Virus record (IMG/VR): IMGVR_UViG_3300005077_000006
Coordinates: 53,685 to 117,684 of that record
Direction: 5' to 3' (one strand)
Length of the DNA: 64,000 nucleotides
Source: a virus
The first letter of the stretch is position 1. Each line of letters opens with the position of its first letter. The notes under the pieces were generated by a model. The model made no database searches and had not been told where the DNA came from. It saw only the letters and a list, made by a program, of their open reading frames with translations. A program made the translations under genes and the position numbers. Of the stretch, positions 27,458 through 37,679 are shown piece by piece.

Positions 27458-29338
27458 ATGATCGTCAAGGTCTGTCAGTTCAGAGCCCGGCGTGAGCAGG
27501 GCGAACGTCTGGTGGAGGTATTCCAGCCAGGCGACATGGAGAAGGCAGCGGCATTCTTCTCCAAGAGCGCTGCCCCCATGCTCCCCGAGGTGCAGACGTA
27601 CCTCGAGAAGCTGACGCCCTCCCCCAATCGCATCTACGTCCTCGTCAATGCCCTCGGAGCCGGTGAGTTCTGGGGATCGAACATCAACGGGGACTACTTC
27701 CCAGAGGCGTCGTTGATCCATAAGGGTCCGGTCTACGGATACGAGACCTTCTACAGCGCCTTCCCCTACAAGCACCACGTCAACAAGGATCCAAGCAGGT
27801 CGTTCGGCAAGGTGGAGCTCTCCGCCTGGAACGAGGCCATGAAGCGCGTCGAGCTCGTGGTCATGATTGACCGGGAGCTGGCGGCACGCTTCGGAGCTAC
27901 CGACATCTGCGACAAGCTGGATCACGGTCAGTTCCCAGACGTGAGCATGGGGTGCAAGGTCCCCTACGATCTGTGCTCCGTTTGCCTCGACTGGTCGAAG
28001 TATCGTGAGGCCCAGTCCACGTTCGACCCAACGCGCCACCGCTCTGTGGGCGTCGCGGTTCTGGAGTTCCACAAGAAGAACCCCATCCGTGGCCTGTCGG
28101 TCACGCGCAACGACTACTGCGAGCACCTCAAGAACTTGCTCAACAAGATCTTGGGTGATGGCCGCAAGGTCTACGCGATCAACGACTACCCACGCTTCTT
28201 CGACATCAGCTTCGTCTTCATCGGCGCGGACAAGACAGCTAAGGTCATGGCAAAACTGGCTTCGGCACATGCTGGGGGGTCGAAATATGTAGTGGTACCC
28301 TCCTGGCAGGTGGCCGAAGACCTGGGCTACCAGCAACCAGCCACCGAGAAGGACTTCGAGAAGGCGGCATCTGCTTTGCCGTCTCCCGTGATCCAGATCA
28401 AGGAGGCGGCGGTGAAGCTCAGCGGGATCGAAGCCGTCTTGGCCAAGTTGCGGGAAAAAAGAGCTTCCCACGCGAAGGGCGCGGAGATTATAAAGGAGGT
28501 CGTTCCGACCCAATTCGGTGGCAAGGCAGTTCCGTTGGAAGAGACCTCGAGACCGGACATCCCCACAGAGGTACTGGATCAGATGGGGAAGTGTCCACTG
28601 GGTGATGCGATCTCCACCCCCACGACGATGGGGATGATCCTCAAGCCCCACGAGTTCCAGCGCATCACCATCATCCACATCGGCAAGAAGCCTCTGGCAG
28701 ACAAGCTCGATGAGGAGGGCAAGGTCTTCGCCCCCACCGACTCCACGGACACTTCCGTCCCCGTGGGCTCCGAGCACTTCAGCGACGTCATCAAGAAGCT
28801 GCTGCTGCCTCTCCTGGAGGAGCGGAGCTTCCTGGAGCCAATCGCCACTCGTAGAGCCATCCGGGTGACCATCTCCAAGCCGGAGGAGGCCCAGCCGGAG
28901 GAGGCTCGGGAGCCCGTGAAAGATGACCCCTTCCTACAGAAGATCTCTGCGGCCTATAATGGCTACCTAGATCGCTTCGTGGACTGCTGGAAGGGGACTC
29001 CCCAGATCGTGAACGAGCATGCTGATCTGTGGGAGGCGGTGTACCGGAGGGGGATCGGAGATGGGTTCACGAAGGAAGCGGCTGGTATCAACCTCGGGGT
29101 GGTCCTGGGGGGAGCGGCCGCGGGATACGGACTGAGCCAGTACGCGAAGTGGCAGCGAGAGAAGGCCAGGATGGGAGAACGGGAACCAGTCGGACCGCTC
29201 ATGGGTATCGCAGCAGAGTACCCGAAGGTCATGACTGCCCTGGGGACCCTGGCGGCTCTCCAGCAACAAGGTTCAACGATCCCAAAGCGGATCTTGCGCG
29301 CTCTCGGTGGCTTTGCCACGCTGGGAGAATCTCGGTGA
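27458..29338 (+). CDS. putative prohead maturation protease
   Basis: NINGDYF, YKHHVN, VSMGC and FFDISFVFIGAD resemble the His/Ser layout of HK97/herpes-assemblin-type prohead proteases; CSVC...CEH Zn insert; upstream of scaffold and capsid genes. Confidence 0.6.
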   Translation: MIVKVCQFRARREQGERLVEVFQPGDMEKAAAFFSKSAAPMLPEVQTYLEKLTPSPNRIYVLVNALGAGEFWGSNINGDYFPEASLIHKGPVYGYETFYSAFPYKHHVNKDPSRSFGKVELSAWNEAMKRVELVVMIDRELAARFGATDICDKLDHGQFPDVSMGCKVPYDLCSVCLDWSKYREAQSTFDPTRHRSVGVAVLEFHKKNPIRGLSVTRNDYCEHLKNLLNKILGDGRKVYAINDYPRFFDISFVFIGADKTAKVMAKLASAHAGGSKYVVVPSWQVAEDLGYQQPATEKDFEKAASALPSPVIQIKEAAVKLSGIEAVLAKLREKRASHAKGAEIIKEVVPTQFGGKAVPLEETSRPDIPTEVLDQMGKCPLGDAISTPTTMGMILKPHEFQRITIIHIGKKPLADKLDEEGKVFAPTDSTDTSVPVGSEHFSDVIKKLLLPLLEERSFLEPIATRRAIRVTISKPEEAQPEEAREPVKDDPFLQKISAAYNGYLDRFVDCWKGTPQIVNEHADLWEAVYRRGIGDGFTKEAAGINLGVVLGGAAAGYGLSQYAKWQREKARMGEREPVGPLMGIAAEYPKVMTALGTLAALQQQGSTIPKRILRALGGFATLGESR

Positions 29339-29420
29339 TCGTCAGAGGTGTTGAGACCTCGAGGACACGGCTCACCGGCTGAGAAGAGACAACGAAACCG
29401 AGATCAAAAGGAGAGAACAG

Positions 29421-30224
29421 ATGGACGAGCAACTCGCTGCAATCTACGGCACCGGACAGCCCGTGGCCTACGACCAGGAGGACCTCCAGAAGACCGCCGC
29501 CGCCGAGCTCCTCGTGAAGCTCGCCGCCGAGCAGGGGGTGGACCTCAACTCCTTCTCCGACCAGGAGATCGGTGAGATGATCACCGAGCTGTACAAGAAC
29601 GCCCAGGAAGAGGGCGCCCCTCCGTTCCCGCCCAAGAAGGAAGAGGCCGTGGCGCACGAGGGCAAGGAGACCAAGGAGGAGGAGGAGAAGGAGGAGGAGC
29701 AGAAGAAGGAGGCCCAGGCCAAGTTCGCCGAGGCCGACTTCCTCGGCCGCGTCATGGCCCACGCCATGGTGCAGGAGCTGAACAACATCGACAAGGTCGC
29801 CAGCGCGAAGGAAGTGGCGGGCAAGGTCGGCAAGTTCTTCCAGGGGCAGGCCCGGAACATCAAGGAGGGCGTGACGGGCTGGCAGAGCGCGGGCCGCAGC
29901 GGTGGCAAGGTCGGCCTGACGGCGCTCGAGCGGGCCAAGAAGCTGGCCCCCGCGGCCGCGACCGCCGCAGGCCTGACGGCCGCCGGTGTCGCCGCCAAGA
30001 AGATGTCCGGCGGGAAGAAGAAGGAAGGCTCCGCGGACTCGGCGCTCGAGGCGCTGGCGGCGGAGAGGGCATGGGAGCTGGCCAAGGAGGCCGGCTACGT
30101 GGACGAGCAGGGCAACCTCCTCGTCCCGCAGCAGAAGACGGCGTCCGCGCTGGAGCAGGCAGTCGATGTCCGGGCGCTTCAGCTCCTGGAGGCGGCTGGT
30201 CTGCCGGTGGAGTGGAACCAGTAG
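29421..30224 (+). CDS. putative scaffold/core protein
   Basis: E/K/A-rich helical protein, very strong RBS, multiple KTA/KLA/KNA/KVA sites. Confidence 0.55.
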   Translation: MDEQLAAIYGTGQPVAYDQEDLQKTAAAELLVKLAAEQGVDLNSFSDQEIGEMITELYKNAQEEGAPPFPPKKEEAVAHEGKETKEEEEKEEEQKKEAQAKFAEADFLGRVMAHAMVQELNNIDKVASAKEVAGKVGKFFQGQARNIKEGVTGWQSAGRSGGKVGLTALERAKKLAPAAATAAGLTAAGVAAKKMSGGKKKEGSADSALEALAAERAWELAKEAGYVDEQGNLLVPQQKTASALEQAVDVRALQLLEAAGLPVEWNQ

Positions 30225-30239
30225 TTCTGATGGCGTGAG

Positions 30240-30554
30240 ATGAACGGGATCAACATGTCGGCGTTTTTCGAGGAGATTGGCAAGATCGCTGCTGTGCAGC
30301 AGCGATCCAGCGACAGCGTCTGGTCGTCCAAGACGATCGGCGCCCCCCGCTCCAAGCTCCCGGGCCAGCAGGCCCCGAAGGCGCCGACAGCCCCGGGCGA
30401 TCTCAACGTCAAGATCACGGCTCCGGCGTCATCGTACGGACCGAGGCAGAACTACTCGCAACCGAATGAAGCATCCGCACCGGACACCAATCCCTCACAG
30501 GGGGCGGAGGTGCGCAACGTCCCGCCGCCCAATGTGGTATTTGGTGTGCGGTAG
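30240..30554 (+). CDS. small disordered protein with FEEIGKIA leader
   Basis: MNGINMSAFFEEIGKIA, then a P/S-rich tail. Confidence 0.6.
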   Translation: MNGINMSAFFEEIGKIAAVQQRSSDSVWSSKTIGAPRSKLPGQQAPKAPTAPGDLNVKITAPASSYGPRQNYSQPNEASAPDTNPSQGAEVRNVPPPNVVFGVR

Positions 30555-30566
30555 AAGGAGGCCCAG

Positions 30567-31637
30567 ATGAAGTTCTCTCTGCAACGACTGGTCGCTCAGA
30601 CGCTGGCCGAAGCCGAGCATCGGGTGAAGCTGGCGCAGGAGGAGGACCAGGAGAAGAAGGAAGAGAAGAAGGAGAACGGGTCTCCGGCCAAGCCGGCCTC
30701 TTCCAGCAACGAGAGTGGCGCCCTGGAGCGCAACGAGGAACCCGTCAGCGAGAAGACCGCGACGGTGTTCGTGGAGAAGCTCGCGAACGCAGTCGAGTAC
30801 CTCAACGCTCACTACCTCTCGAAGACGGCCGAGGGAACGTCGGAGACCGTCGGCGCCGGCAAGGGAACCGGCGCAGTGGAGACCAACCTGGGGAGTCCCA
30901 CCCCGGGAGAGCAGTCCCAGACCTTCGGGCAGGCGACGCACGATCAGCCCCCGATGAGCCCGGGATCGGACGTCAAGAGCCCCGGCCAGGTCAACCCGGC
31001 CACGGCGCTCGAGACCGACATCAACAACCCTCCGGGTGGCTCCGAGGACTGGACCAACAAGGACGTCGAGTCCCAGAAGGGTGGTCCGGTCAGCGGTGGC
31101 ACCAAGGAGGCCCAGGTCGCTCGCGTGCTCAAGGTCATGAGGAAGATGGCCGAGGACGCGATCAACCCGTCGCAGATCAGCGCGGCGGTGACCAACCCTC
31201 ACCAGAGCAGCCCGGAGGGCACCTCGCAGGCCGAGGAAGCCGTCCCGGCCCAGCCCGGTGAGGTCAACAAGCAGGACAGCCTCATCGGCTCCAACGAGGC
31301 TGCGATCAACTACACCAAGCAGCAGGCGAAGGCCGTTCCCAAAGCACGGATGGGTGAGGTCATCGACGAACCAGCCCAGAAGAAGTCGACGGATCCGGTC
31401 CTTCACCAAAACCTCGACGCCACTCCCGAAGCCGGCGTGAAGATCTCGTCGGCACAGGCCAGGGCGGCGGGGCTTGCCCTCCTGCAGAAGATCGCGCAGG
31501 AGGGGGCTCAGGAGGAAGCATCTCCTGAGCAGAAGGAGAGAGCTCAGAAGCTGCGTGAGCTCTTGCAGGCCAAGGAGAAGGAGTCCCAGGGCATGGGGGC
31601 TTCCGATCCCAGCATGCCGCTCGGCGGCGGATTCTAG
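30567..31637 (+). CDS. putative scaffold/core protein (low complexity)
   Basis: Eight K-x-[A/S] sites separate disordered segments. Confidence 0.55.
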   Translation: MKFSLQRLVAQTLAEAEHRVKLAQEEDQEKKEEKKENGSPAKPASSSNESGALERNEEPVSEKTATVFVEKLANAVEYLNAHYLSKTAEGTSETVGAGKGTGAVETNLGSPTPGEQSQTFGQATHDQPPMSPGSDVKSPGQVNPATALETDINNPPGGSEDWTNKDVESQKGGPVSGGTKEAQVARVLKVMRKMAEDAINPSQISAAVTNPHQSSPEGTSQAEEAVPAQPGEVNKQDSLIGSNEAAINYTKQQAKAVPKARMGEVIDEPAQKKSTDPVLHQNLDATPEAGVKISSAQARAAGLALLQKIAQEGAQEEASPEQKERAQKLRELLQAKEKESQGMGASDPSMPLGGGF

Positions 31638-31646
31638 GAGGAAACC

Positions 31647-32033
31647 ATGGGCAAGGAGAAGATCAGCGCAGCTCAGGCCGCTCAGGTCTACTCAGAAGTC
31701 CCGGGTGTCCTCCGGGCTCTGGTGACCGAGCGCAACGAGCTGCTCGAGAAGAACGCCTCCCTCCGCAAGGAGAACGAGGAGTTCAAGCGGCGAGACCGGA
31801 TCGAGAAGATCGCCAGATCCATGCAGGAGAAGGGGCTCGACCCCAGCTCCAGCCTGGAGGAGAAGGCAGATCGGATCAAGGAGGCCGCGCAACGGGGCAG
31901 GTCCCTCGACGTCATCGAAGAGGCCGTCGAGATGACCGCGCCCAACGGCGAGCTGGCGAAGCTCGCCGAGGAGCAGCCGGGGAACGGAGCGAACCAGCTC
32001 GAGGCCTACCTGCTAGGCGGCCTGTCCGACTGA
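31647..32033 (+). CDS. coiled-coil scaffold-like protein
   Basis: Heptad-rich; immediately upstream of decoration and capsid genes. Confidence 0.55.
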   Translation: MGKEKISAAQAAQVYSEVPGVLRALVTERNELLEKNASLRKENEEFKRRDRIEKIARSMQEKGLDPSSSLEEKADRIKEAAQRGRSLDVIEEAVEMTAPNGELAKLAEEQPGNGANQLEAYLLGGLSD

Positions 32034-32065
32034 GCAGCATGACGAGAAACTGAGGAGACGAGACC

Positions 32066-32512
32066 ATGAACATCCACTTCGAGTTGGTCACCGACCTCCA
32101 GGGTCTCATCCGTCGCGACTTCTACCTGGCGGACAAGACCCTGGCGAACCCCAACGCCACGAACCCGCTGATCGATGGCGAGTTCGTGAACCTCGACACC
32201 GCGTACAAGCTGGTGCGCGGCGCCGACGGCACCATCGGCTTCGCCGTCTTCATGGAGCGTGGGCGTTTCGACGTCCAGGCTCTGGGCAAGACCACCGTGC
32301 TGTTCCTGGGCGGTTACGAGGCGGACACCCGCGTGTTCACCTCGGCCGGTCTCACCCTGGGTGGCAAGCTGCAGCTCAGCGCCTCCGTGACCGTGGATGG
32401 CAAGACCAAGTCGGGTCTGGCCAACTACTCGGCCGGCGAGGTGCTCGGCTACGTCACGCGGCTGCCGGCCAACAACGGCGGGAAGCTCCGCTTCCTGCGG
32501 ACCCTCGGCTAG
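32066..32512 (+). CDS. capsid decoration/cement protein (putative)
   Basis: 148 aa, beta-rich, directly upstream of the major capsid gene. Confidence 0.55.
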   Translation: MNIHFELVTDLQGLIRRDFYLADKTLANPNATNPLIDGEFVNLDTAYKLVRGADGTIGFAVFMERGRFDVQALGKTTVLFLGGYEADTRVFTSAGLTLGGKLQLSASVTVDGKTKSGLANYSAGEVLGYVTRLPANNGGKLRFLRTLG

Positions 32513-32569
32513 GCGCAAGCCTGAGCTGAGAAGAGGCGAGAGCCAGGAACAAGAGGAAGGAGAAATCAG

Positions 32570-33691
32570 ATGAGCGTTCCCGCAAGAGTCCTGAACGATC
32601 TCTTCTCCCAGAAGCTGGGCACCAGCGAAGGGAAGGAGAAGATCGCGGAGTACGCCGGCACCTACATCCGTGACCGGCTCCGTGAGGTCAGCTTCGCCCG
32701 CAAGATCCTGCCCCCGCAGATGGTCACCCGGGCGGACTGCCAGCGCAGCGTCAACCACGACACCCTGGTGAAGATCATCGACATCGAGCCGAAGTCCCGC
32801 GCGATGGCGATCACCTTCCGCGGTCAGCCGACCGCCCGGTTCATCCGGGCGCCGCGCGCCGAGGTCGCCTTCTTCACCATCAGCTCGGAGAAGTTCGAGA
32901 AGACCGAGCAGGAGCTCCTGGCCTACGAGATGCCGATCACCAAGGTGATCGAGGACAACTCGGTCAAGGACATCCAGGAGATCGAGGACCGCGAGTTCAC
33001 CATCCACATCGAGGCCGCAGTCCAGGCCCTCCAGGCGGAGGCCAACGGCGGCGCCACGACCACCCTGAACGCCTCGGCGGTGCAGGCGGGGTCCGTGGTG
33101 GAGTTCTCGGTGCGGAAGGGCGAGCTGGCGCGGGCGGCCGCGACCGACGACGCCACCGTCTACCCGGTGCAGCGGCCGGACTTCGTCAACCTCTTCAAGC
33201 TGCTGGACGGCAACCGGCTCCGCGCGGAGATGATCCTCATCACCGAGGTGGACTGGGACGACATCCTGCAGTGGACCGTCGAGGACTTCGGCGATCGGGT
33301 CCAGTCGGAGACGACGGTGGACGGGTACAAGTACAACCTGCTCCTGGGCAGGGCGTACACCCGCACCATCAAGACCGACATCCTGCGGCCGGGCAACGTG
33401 TACTGCTTCACGAAGCCCGACTTCTTCGGCCGGTTCTTCATCCTGAACAACACCAAGTTCTACATCGACAAGATCGCGAACCTGATCACCTGGCAGTCCT
33501 GGGAGGACATCGCCATGTCGGTCATCAACATCGCGTCGGTGCGGAAGCTGGAGCTGTACTCGGGTGACGCCACGTCGCTCGACGCCGACGGCATCCTCTC
33601 CTCGGTGATCCCGATGGACGAGGAGGACCTGGGCGCCGAGAACAACCGCGTCGACTCCGGCCTGGTGTTCCCGGGGATCGAGGTCTTCTAG
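32570..33691 (+). CDS. major capsid protein (HK97 fold, putative)
   Basis: 373 aa, strongly biased codons, strong RBS, IRDRLREVSFARKIL and DIQEIEDREF segments, followed by a terminator. Confidence 0.75.
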   Translation: MSVPARVLNDLFSQKLGTSEGKEKIAEYAGTYIRDRLREVSFARKILPPQMVTRADCQRSVNHDTLVKIIDIEPKSRAMAITFRGQPTARFIRAPRAEVAFFTISSEKFEKTEQELLAYEMPITKVIEDNSVKDIQEIEDREFTIHIEAAVQALQAEANGGATTTLNASAVQAGSVVEFSVRKGELARAAATDDATVYPVQRPDFVNLFKLLDGNRLRAEMILITEVDWDDILQWTVEDFGDRVQSETTVDGYKYNLLLGRAYTRTIKTDILRPGNVYCFTKPDFFGRFFILNNTKFYIDKIANLITWQSWEDIAMSVINIASVRKLELYSGDATSLDADGILSSVIPMDEEDLGAENNRVDSGLVFPGIEVF

Positions 33692-33738
33692 CTCAACCGA
33701 GGGCCCTGAAGGGGTCTGTCTGTTGGGAGGGACCACGG

Positions 33739-33773
33739 AGGCGCCGGCGTCGCAAGGCGCCGGCGCCTTTTTT
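33739..33773 (+). terminator. rho-independent terminator
   Basis: AGGCGCCGGCGTC-GCAA-GGCGCCGGCGCCT followed by a T-run. Confidence 0.85.
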
Positions 33774-33786
33774 CTAGGAGGAGACG

Positions 33787-34416
33787 ATGGCCGACACAGC
33801 CAAGAAGAGGACCGCAGAGGTCTACTACGTCGAGAACACGGTCCGCAAGGTCGGGACGCGCCTTCACCGGGCGATGTCGGCCACGCGTCACCGGTTCAAG
33901 CTCTTCATCGCGGGGCAGCGCTTGCTCAGGGGGCAGAAGCTCTCCCTGACGCCGGAGCAGTTCCACAAGGAGGAGAAGAAGATCCGGGAGATGGTGCTCG
34001 CCGGCCAGCTCGCGCTCTACATGCCCGACGGCATGCGCATCACCTCCCTGCCGGACGGACGGCTGGTCTACACCCGCGCTGACGGCGCGGTGAAGATCGG
34101 CGATGCCCCACTGCCCAAGGAGGAGAAGCCCGCTCCCAAGGCGGTGCCGCTGGTCGAGGTGAAGCCGGCCGTGGCGGTCGTCAACCCCGAGGCGGTGCAG
34201 AAGCTGGTCAAGGAAGAGCCGGTCGCGAAGAAGGAGCCCCAGGACCTCACGGTGCTCCCGAACATCGGGGCGGGCCGGGCGAAGAAGCTGGAGGCGAACG
34301 CCATTCGCTACTACCATCAGGTAGTGGAGATGGGCGTTTCCGGTCTGGTCGAGCTCCTGGGCGTGACGGAGGAAGTGGCGGAGGAGATCATCGACAAGGC
34401 CACCGAGCTGAGCTGA
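33787..34416 (+). CDS. protein with C-terminal helix-hairpin-helix domain
   Basis: DLTVLPNIGAGRAKKL...GVTEEVAEEII HhH pattern. Confidence 0.6.
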   Translation: MADTAKKRTAEVYYVENTVRKVGTRLHRAMSATRHRFKLFIAGQRLLRGQKLSLTPEQFHKEEKKIREMVLAGQLALYMPDGMRITSLPDGRLVYTRADGAVKIGDAPLPKEEKPAPKAVPLVEVKPAVAVVNPEAVQKLVKEEPVAKKEPQDLTVLPNIGAGRAKKLEANAIRYYHQVVEMGVSGLVELLGVTEEVAEEIIDKATELS

Positions 34417-34426
34417 GGAGACGACG

Positions 34427-34711
34427 ATGCCGAAGGTAAAGAACCTGACCGACAAGACCGTGCCGATCCAGCACTGGAAGCTCCTGCCGGATGGCCGGGC
34501 GCTGGACCCACGGGGCAACGTGAAGGCGGTGCTGCCGGATGACGTCGCCTACAGCGCGGCGGCCAAGCGGCTGGCGGACCAGGGCGTGCTGGACATCGAG
34601 GGCTACGTGGTCAAGAAGACCGCGCCACCCCCGAGCCCGGCCGCGGTGCTGCCCACGGTGCCGCCCGTGGCGATGCCCACGGCGAAGAAGAAGAAGGACA
34701 AGGACGACTAG
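34427..34711 (+). CDS. hypothetical protein
   Basis: GAGGAG RBS; Pro/Lys-rich tail. Confidence 0.55.
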   Translation: MPKVKNLTDKTVPIQHWKLLPDGRALDPRGNVKAVLPDDVAYSAAAKRLADQGVLDIEGYVVKKTAPPPSPAAVLPTVPPVAMPTAKKKKDKDD

Positions 34712-34726
34712 TCGTCGAGGGAGTGC

Positions 34727-35245
34727 ATGGCGCCTGAGCTACAGGGACTAGACGGCATCCCGGGGGTGAGCGGGGTCTTCAACTCGTTCATCCAGACGGT
34801 ACGTCTGTTCACGCGGGATCATCCCCAGCTCAACCGGCTGGTGAAGGGGGAGGAATCCTCCGACAGGATGATCGCTTGGGCCATCCACGACTTCCTCAGC
34901 GACTTCGCCGGCACGCCTCCTCCTCTGGGGTACCTGACGCTCGAGCAGATGTTCCAGCAGCACCTTCAGGCTTTCGCCTTGAGGGGCGTCACGGTAGCAC
35001 TTCTCCAGTCGGTGGGCATCCTTCAGACCAGGAACCATCTGAACTTCTCGGACGGCGGGATCAGCGTGGGGGTTTCGGACAAGGCGCCGATGTTGATGCA
35101 GTGGATCCGGGACTTCCAGAACAAGTACGAACAGCAGAAGATGCAGATCAAGGTGTCGCAGAACATCGCGCAGTTGCTCACCGGGGCGCCTGGTGGCATC
35201 CACAGCGAGCTGTTCTTCGTCAACGGCTGGTACGGCGTCTACTAG
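34727..35245 (+). CDS. putative head-tail adaptor (neck)
   Basis: Size and position after capsid; VRLFTRD and NFSDGGISV segments. Confidence 0.5.
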   Translation: MAPELQGLDGIPGVSGVFNSFIQTVRLFTRDHPQLNRLVKGEESSDRMIAWAIHDFLSDFAGTPPPLGYLTLEQMFQQHLQAFALRGVTVALLQSVGILQTRNHLNFSDGGISVGVSDKAPMLMQWIRDFQNKYEQQKMQIKVSQNIAQLLTGAPGGIHSELFFVNGWYGVY

Positions 35246-35254
35246 GAGGATGCG

Positions 35255-35704
35255 ATGGCTTACGTGGCCAGATTGTTCGATTGCATGGAGGAGCTGGCCG
35301 ACTACCTCAACGGCCTCGTGTCTGGCAAGCATCTGCCCAAGCTGACCTACGGTCTGAATGGCCTGACGTTGATCATCAACGACGGAGTCGGTGATCGCAC
35401 GGTCACCTTCGTGGACGCCACCAACGCAGGACTGAGTGCCAAGCAGATCTTGGACCAGGTCCGGGCGACGCACGCCAATCTGGCGACCGTGGCGTTGCGG
35501 AACTACGGACACCAGTCTCCTCCGCAGAGCAAGCTGACGGTGGTGACGGTGGGGCACACGGTCAAGGGGACGGGCACAGCCAACGCGTTGCTGGGCTTCG
35601 CAGCGTCGGACGTCGTAGTGGGCGCTGCTGCCGTTCCGCAGGCCAACGTCGTCAGCATCCTGTGGGGCACGAACAGCAACAAGATCTCCTTGCTGCACGT
35701 CTAG
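35255..35704 (+). CDS. putative virion structural protein
   Basis: GTANALLGF and GLTLII segments resemble repeats in the sheath (GTANTILGF). Confidence 0.5.
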   Translation: MAYVARLFDCMEELADYLNGLVSGKHLPKLTYGLNGLTLIINDGVGDRTVTFVDATNAGLSAKQILDQVRATHANLATVALRNYGHQSPPQSKLTVVTVGHTVKGTGTANALLGFAASDVVVGAAAVPQANVVSILWGTNSNKISLLHV

Positions 35705-35714
35705 GAGGGTTCCG

Positions 35715-37670
35715 ATGAGCGCTGACAAGCTGTACCAGATCCTCTCCGACGGTCAGCCCAAGGGGATCCCCTGGGAGAAGGCCGCTGCTCAGTTCGTGAA
35801 GCTGAAGATGGCCTCCGGTGGGTTGATCCCGGAGCAGATCGAGGAGCTACACGAGCTGGCCAAGCAGGCCGCGCCGACCACCATCTCCAGGGAAGAGCTG
35901 GAGCAGGCGACGAAGAGAGGCATCCTCAGCGGGACGGCCGGCTCGGTGCGTGGTGACATCGCCAGGGCATCCGATGTCCGCCGCAAGCGCGGGGAGAACA
36001 TCTCCAAGAACGTCGGCACCTTGGTCGGTGCGCTCGGTGGTGGAGCGGCGGGCAAGAGGTTGATCGGAGGCAAGGGAGGGGCCGTCGCCGGCGCCGCCCT
36101 GGGTGCGCTTCTCGGTCATGGCACAGGCAAGACGGTGGGTCAGGAGATCGACCGGGCGCGCATCAAGTCGCAGGGCAAGAAGAACGCCTCCATCGAGAAG
36201 CAGTCGGGCATCATGCAGCCCGATCAGCCCCGTGCCAAGGATGTGATCCCTGGTCGGGGACCGGAGGCTCGTGAGGCACGAACCGCGTTGCGGGAGAAGC
36301 TTCGTGCCGGATGCCCGGGGCAGGAGAAGACCTCCGACTTCGACAAGGAGGCGAAGATCTTCGGCGCGACCACGCCCGACCACGTGATCTACGATCCCAG
36401 CCTTTCCCAGGACGTCCGTGAGCTCGCCCTGAAGAACTACCTCGCGGAGAAGAGCCAGGAGGCTCCGTCGAACCTGGCTGCTTCTCTTGCTGTGCCCGGA
36501 GGCATCGGGGCACTGCTGGGTGGTGGTCTCGGGGCAGTGGGAGGCTGGAAGGGCTCTCTGATCGGAGGTCTTGCGGGTGGTGGTCTCGGCGCTGGCCTGG
36601 GTGCTCTGGCACGTGGCGGGGACATCCAGGAGATCGCCAGGGCGAAGGAGGAGCTGGGGAACGTCGGTGGAGCTCTCCAGCAGCGTGCGCTCGAGCGGAT
36701 GCAAGAGCAGTCGCGCAGGTCTTCTCAGCCATCCTTTTCCCTCTCTATCGGCGGGGACGACTCGGATGAGGACGTGGTGCCCATCCGGCCCCGCCGGGTA
36801 CCCAGCAGTTGGTCCGAGGAGCCCCTCGCGAGCCCCTCCAAGCCCATCCTCGGCAAGGAGCCCGAGGACAAGCCCAGCATGCCGGGCTACATGAAGTACG
36901 GGGAGGCGCGCGTCCGCAGCATGCTGATGGCCAAGAAGGCCTCGCTGCGCAAGCGGGCGCAGGAGGAGGAGGGGGCGATCCCGGTCGAGTACCTCGAGTC
37001 CATGGAGCGCCCCGAGGAAGACGAGATGCTGCCGCCCGAGCTCGAGGAGTTCATGCAGGCGCAGCAGCAGGCCAACGAGGCCGAGTTCTTCCGGCAGAAG
37101 GCGGAGGAGGCCGAGACGCGGGCCTCGCAGGCCGAGGAGGCGGCCGACCAAGCCGCAGCCATGGCCAACCAGGCTCAGCAGCAGGCCGACATGCAGGCGC
37201 AGCAGTCGGACATGCAGGCGCAGGCCACGCAGCAGCAGGCGGACCTGGCGGCACAGCAGTCCCAGATGGCCTCCCAGGACGCCATGAACGCTCGCAACGA
37301 GTCGCTGTCCGCCCAGCAGCAGAACATCCAGATGCGGCAGGCCATCACGACCTTCCGCCAGCAGCTCATGGATCTGGTCTCCCAAGATCCGACCACCATG
37401 ATGCCGCCGCCGGCCGTCCCCCAGGGACCTCCCCCGGAGATGGCAGGGGCGGCGATGCCCCCCGAGGCTGGCATGATGCCGCCGGGAGCCGAGGGAGCCC
37501 CTCCAGGGCCTCCAGGAGCTCCTCCGGGCGCCGAGGGGGCAGCACCACCACCAGGAGCTGAGATGGCCCCTCCGGGCCCACCAGCGCCGCCACCGGGGCC
37601 TCCTGGGGCGCCTCCGGGGATGCCCCCGGGACCTCCCGCCGGTCCCCCAGCCGCACCCGCCATGGGATAG
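35715..37670 (+). CDS. Gly-zipper / coiled-coil / Pro-rich virion protein
   Basis: Two Gly-zipper hairpins, a Q/A coiled coil, PPG-repeat C-terminus and many K-x-[A/S] sites. Confidence 0.65.
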   Translation: MSADKLYQILSDGQPKGIPWEKAAAQFVKLKMASGGLIPEQIEELHELAKQAAPTTISREELEQATKRGILSGTAGSVRGDIARASDVRRKRGENISKNVGTLVGALGGGAAGKRLIGGKGGAVAGAALGALLGHGTGKTVGQEIDRARIKSQGKKNASIEKQSGIMQPDQPRAKDVIPGRGPEAREARTALREKLRAGCPGQEKTSDFDKEAKIFGATTPDHVIYDPSLSQDVRELALKNYLAEKSQEAPSNLAASLAVPGGIGALLGGGLGAVGGWKGSLIGGLAGGGLGAGLGALARGGDIQEIARAKEELGNVGGALQQRALERMQEQSRRSSQPSFSLSIGGDDSDEDVVPIRPRRVPSSWSEEPLASPSKPILGKEPEDKPSMPGYMKYGEARVRSMLMAKKASLRKRAQEEEGAIPVEYLESMERPEEDEMLPPELEEFMQAQQQANEAEFFRQKAEEAETRASQAEEAADQAAAMANQAQQQADMQAQQSDMQAQATQQQADLAAQQSQMASQDAMNARNESLSAQQQNIQMRQAITTFRQQLMDLVSQDPTTMMPPPAVPQGPPPEMAGAAMPPEAGMMPPGAEGAPPGPPGAPPGAEGAAPPPGAEMAPPGPPAPPPGPPGAPPGMPPGPPAGPPAAPAMG

Positions 37671-37679
37671 GAGACGAAG

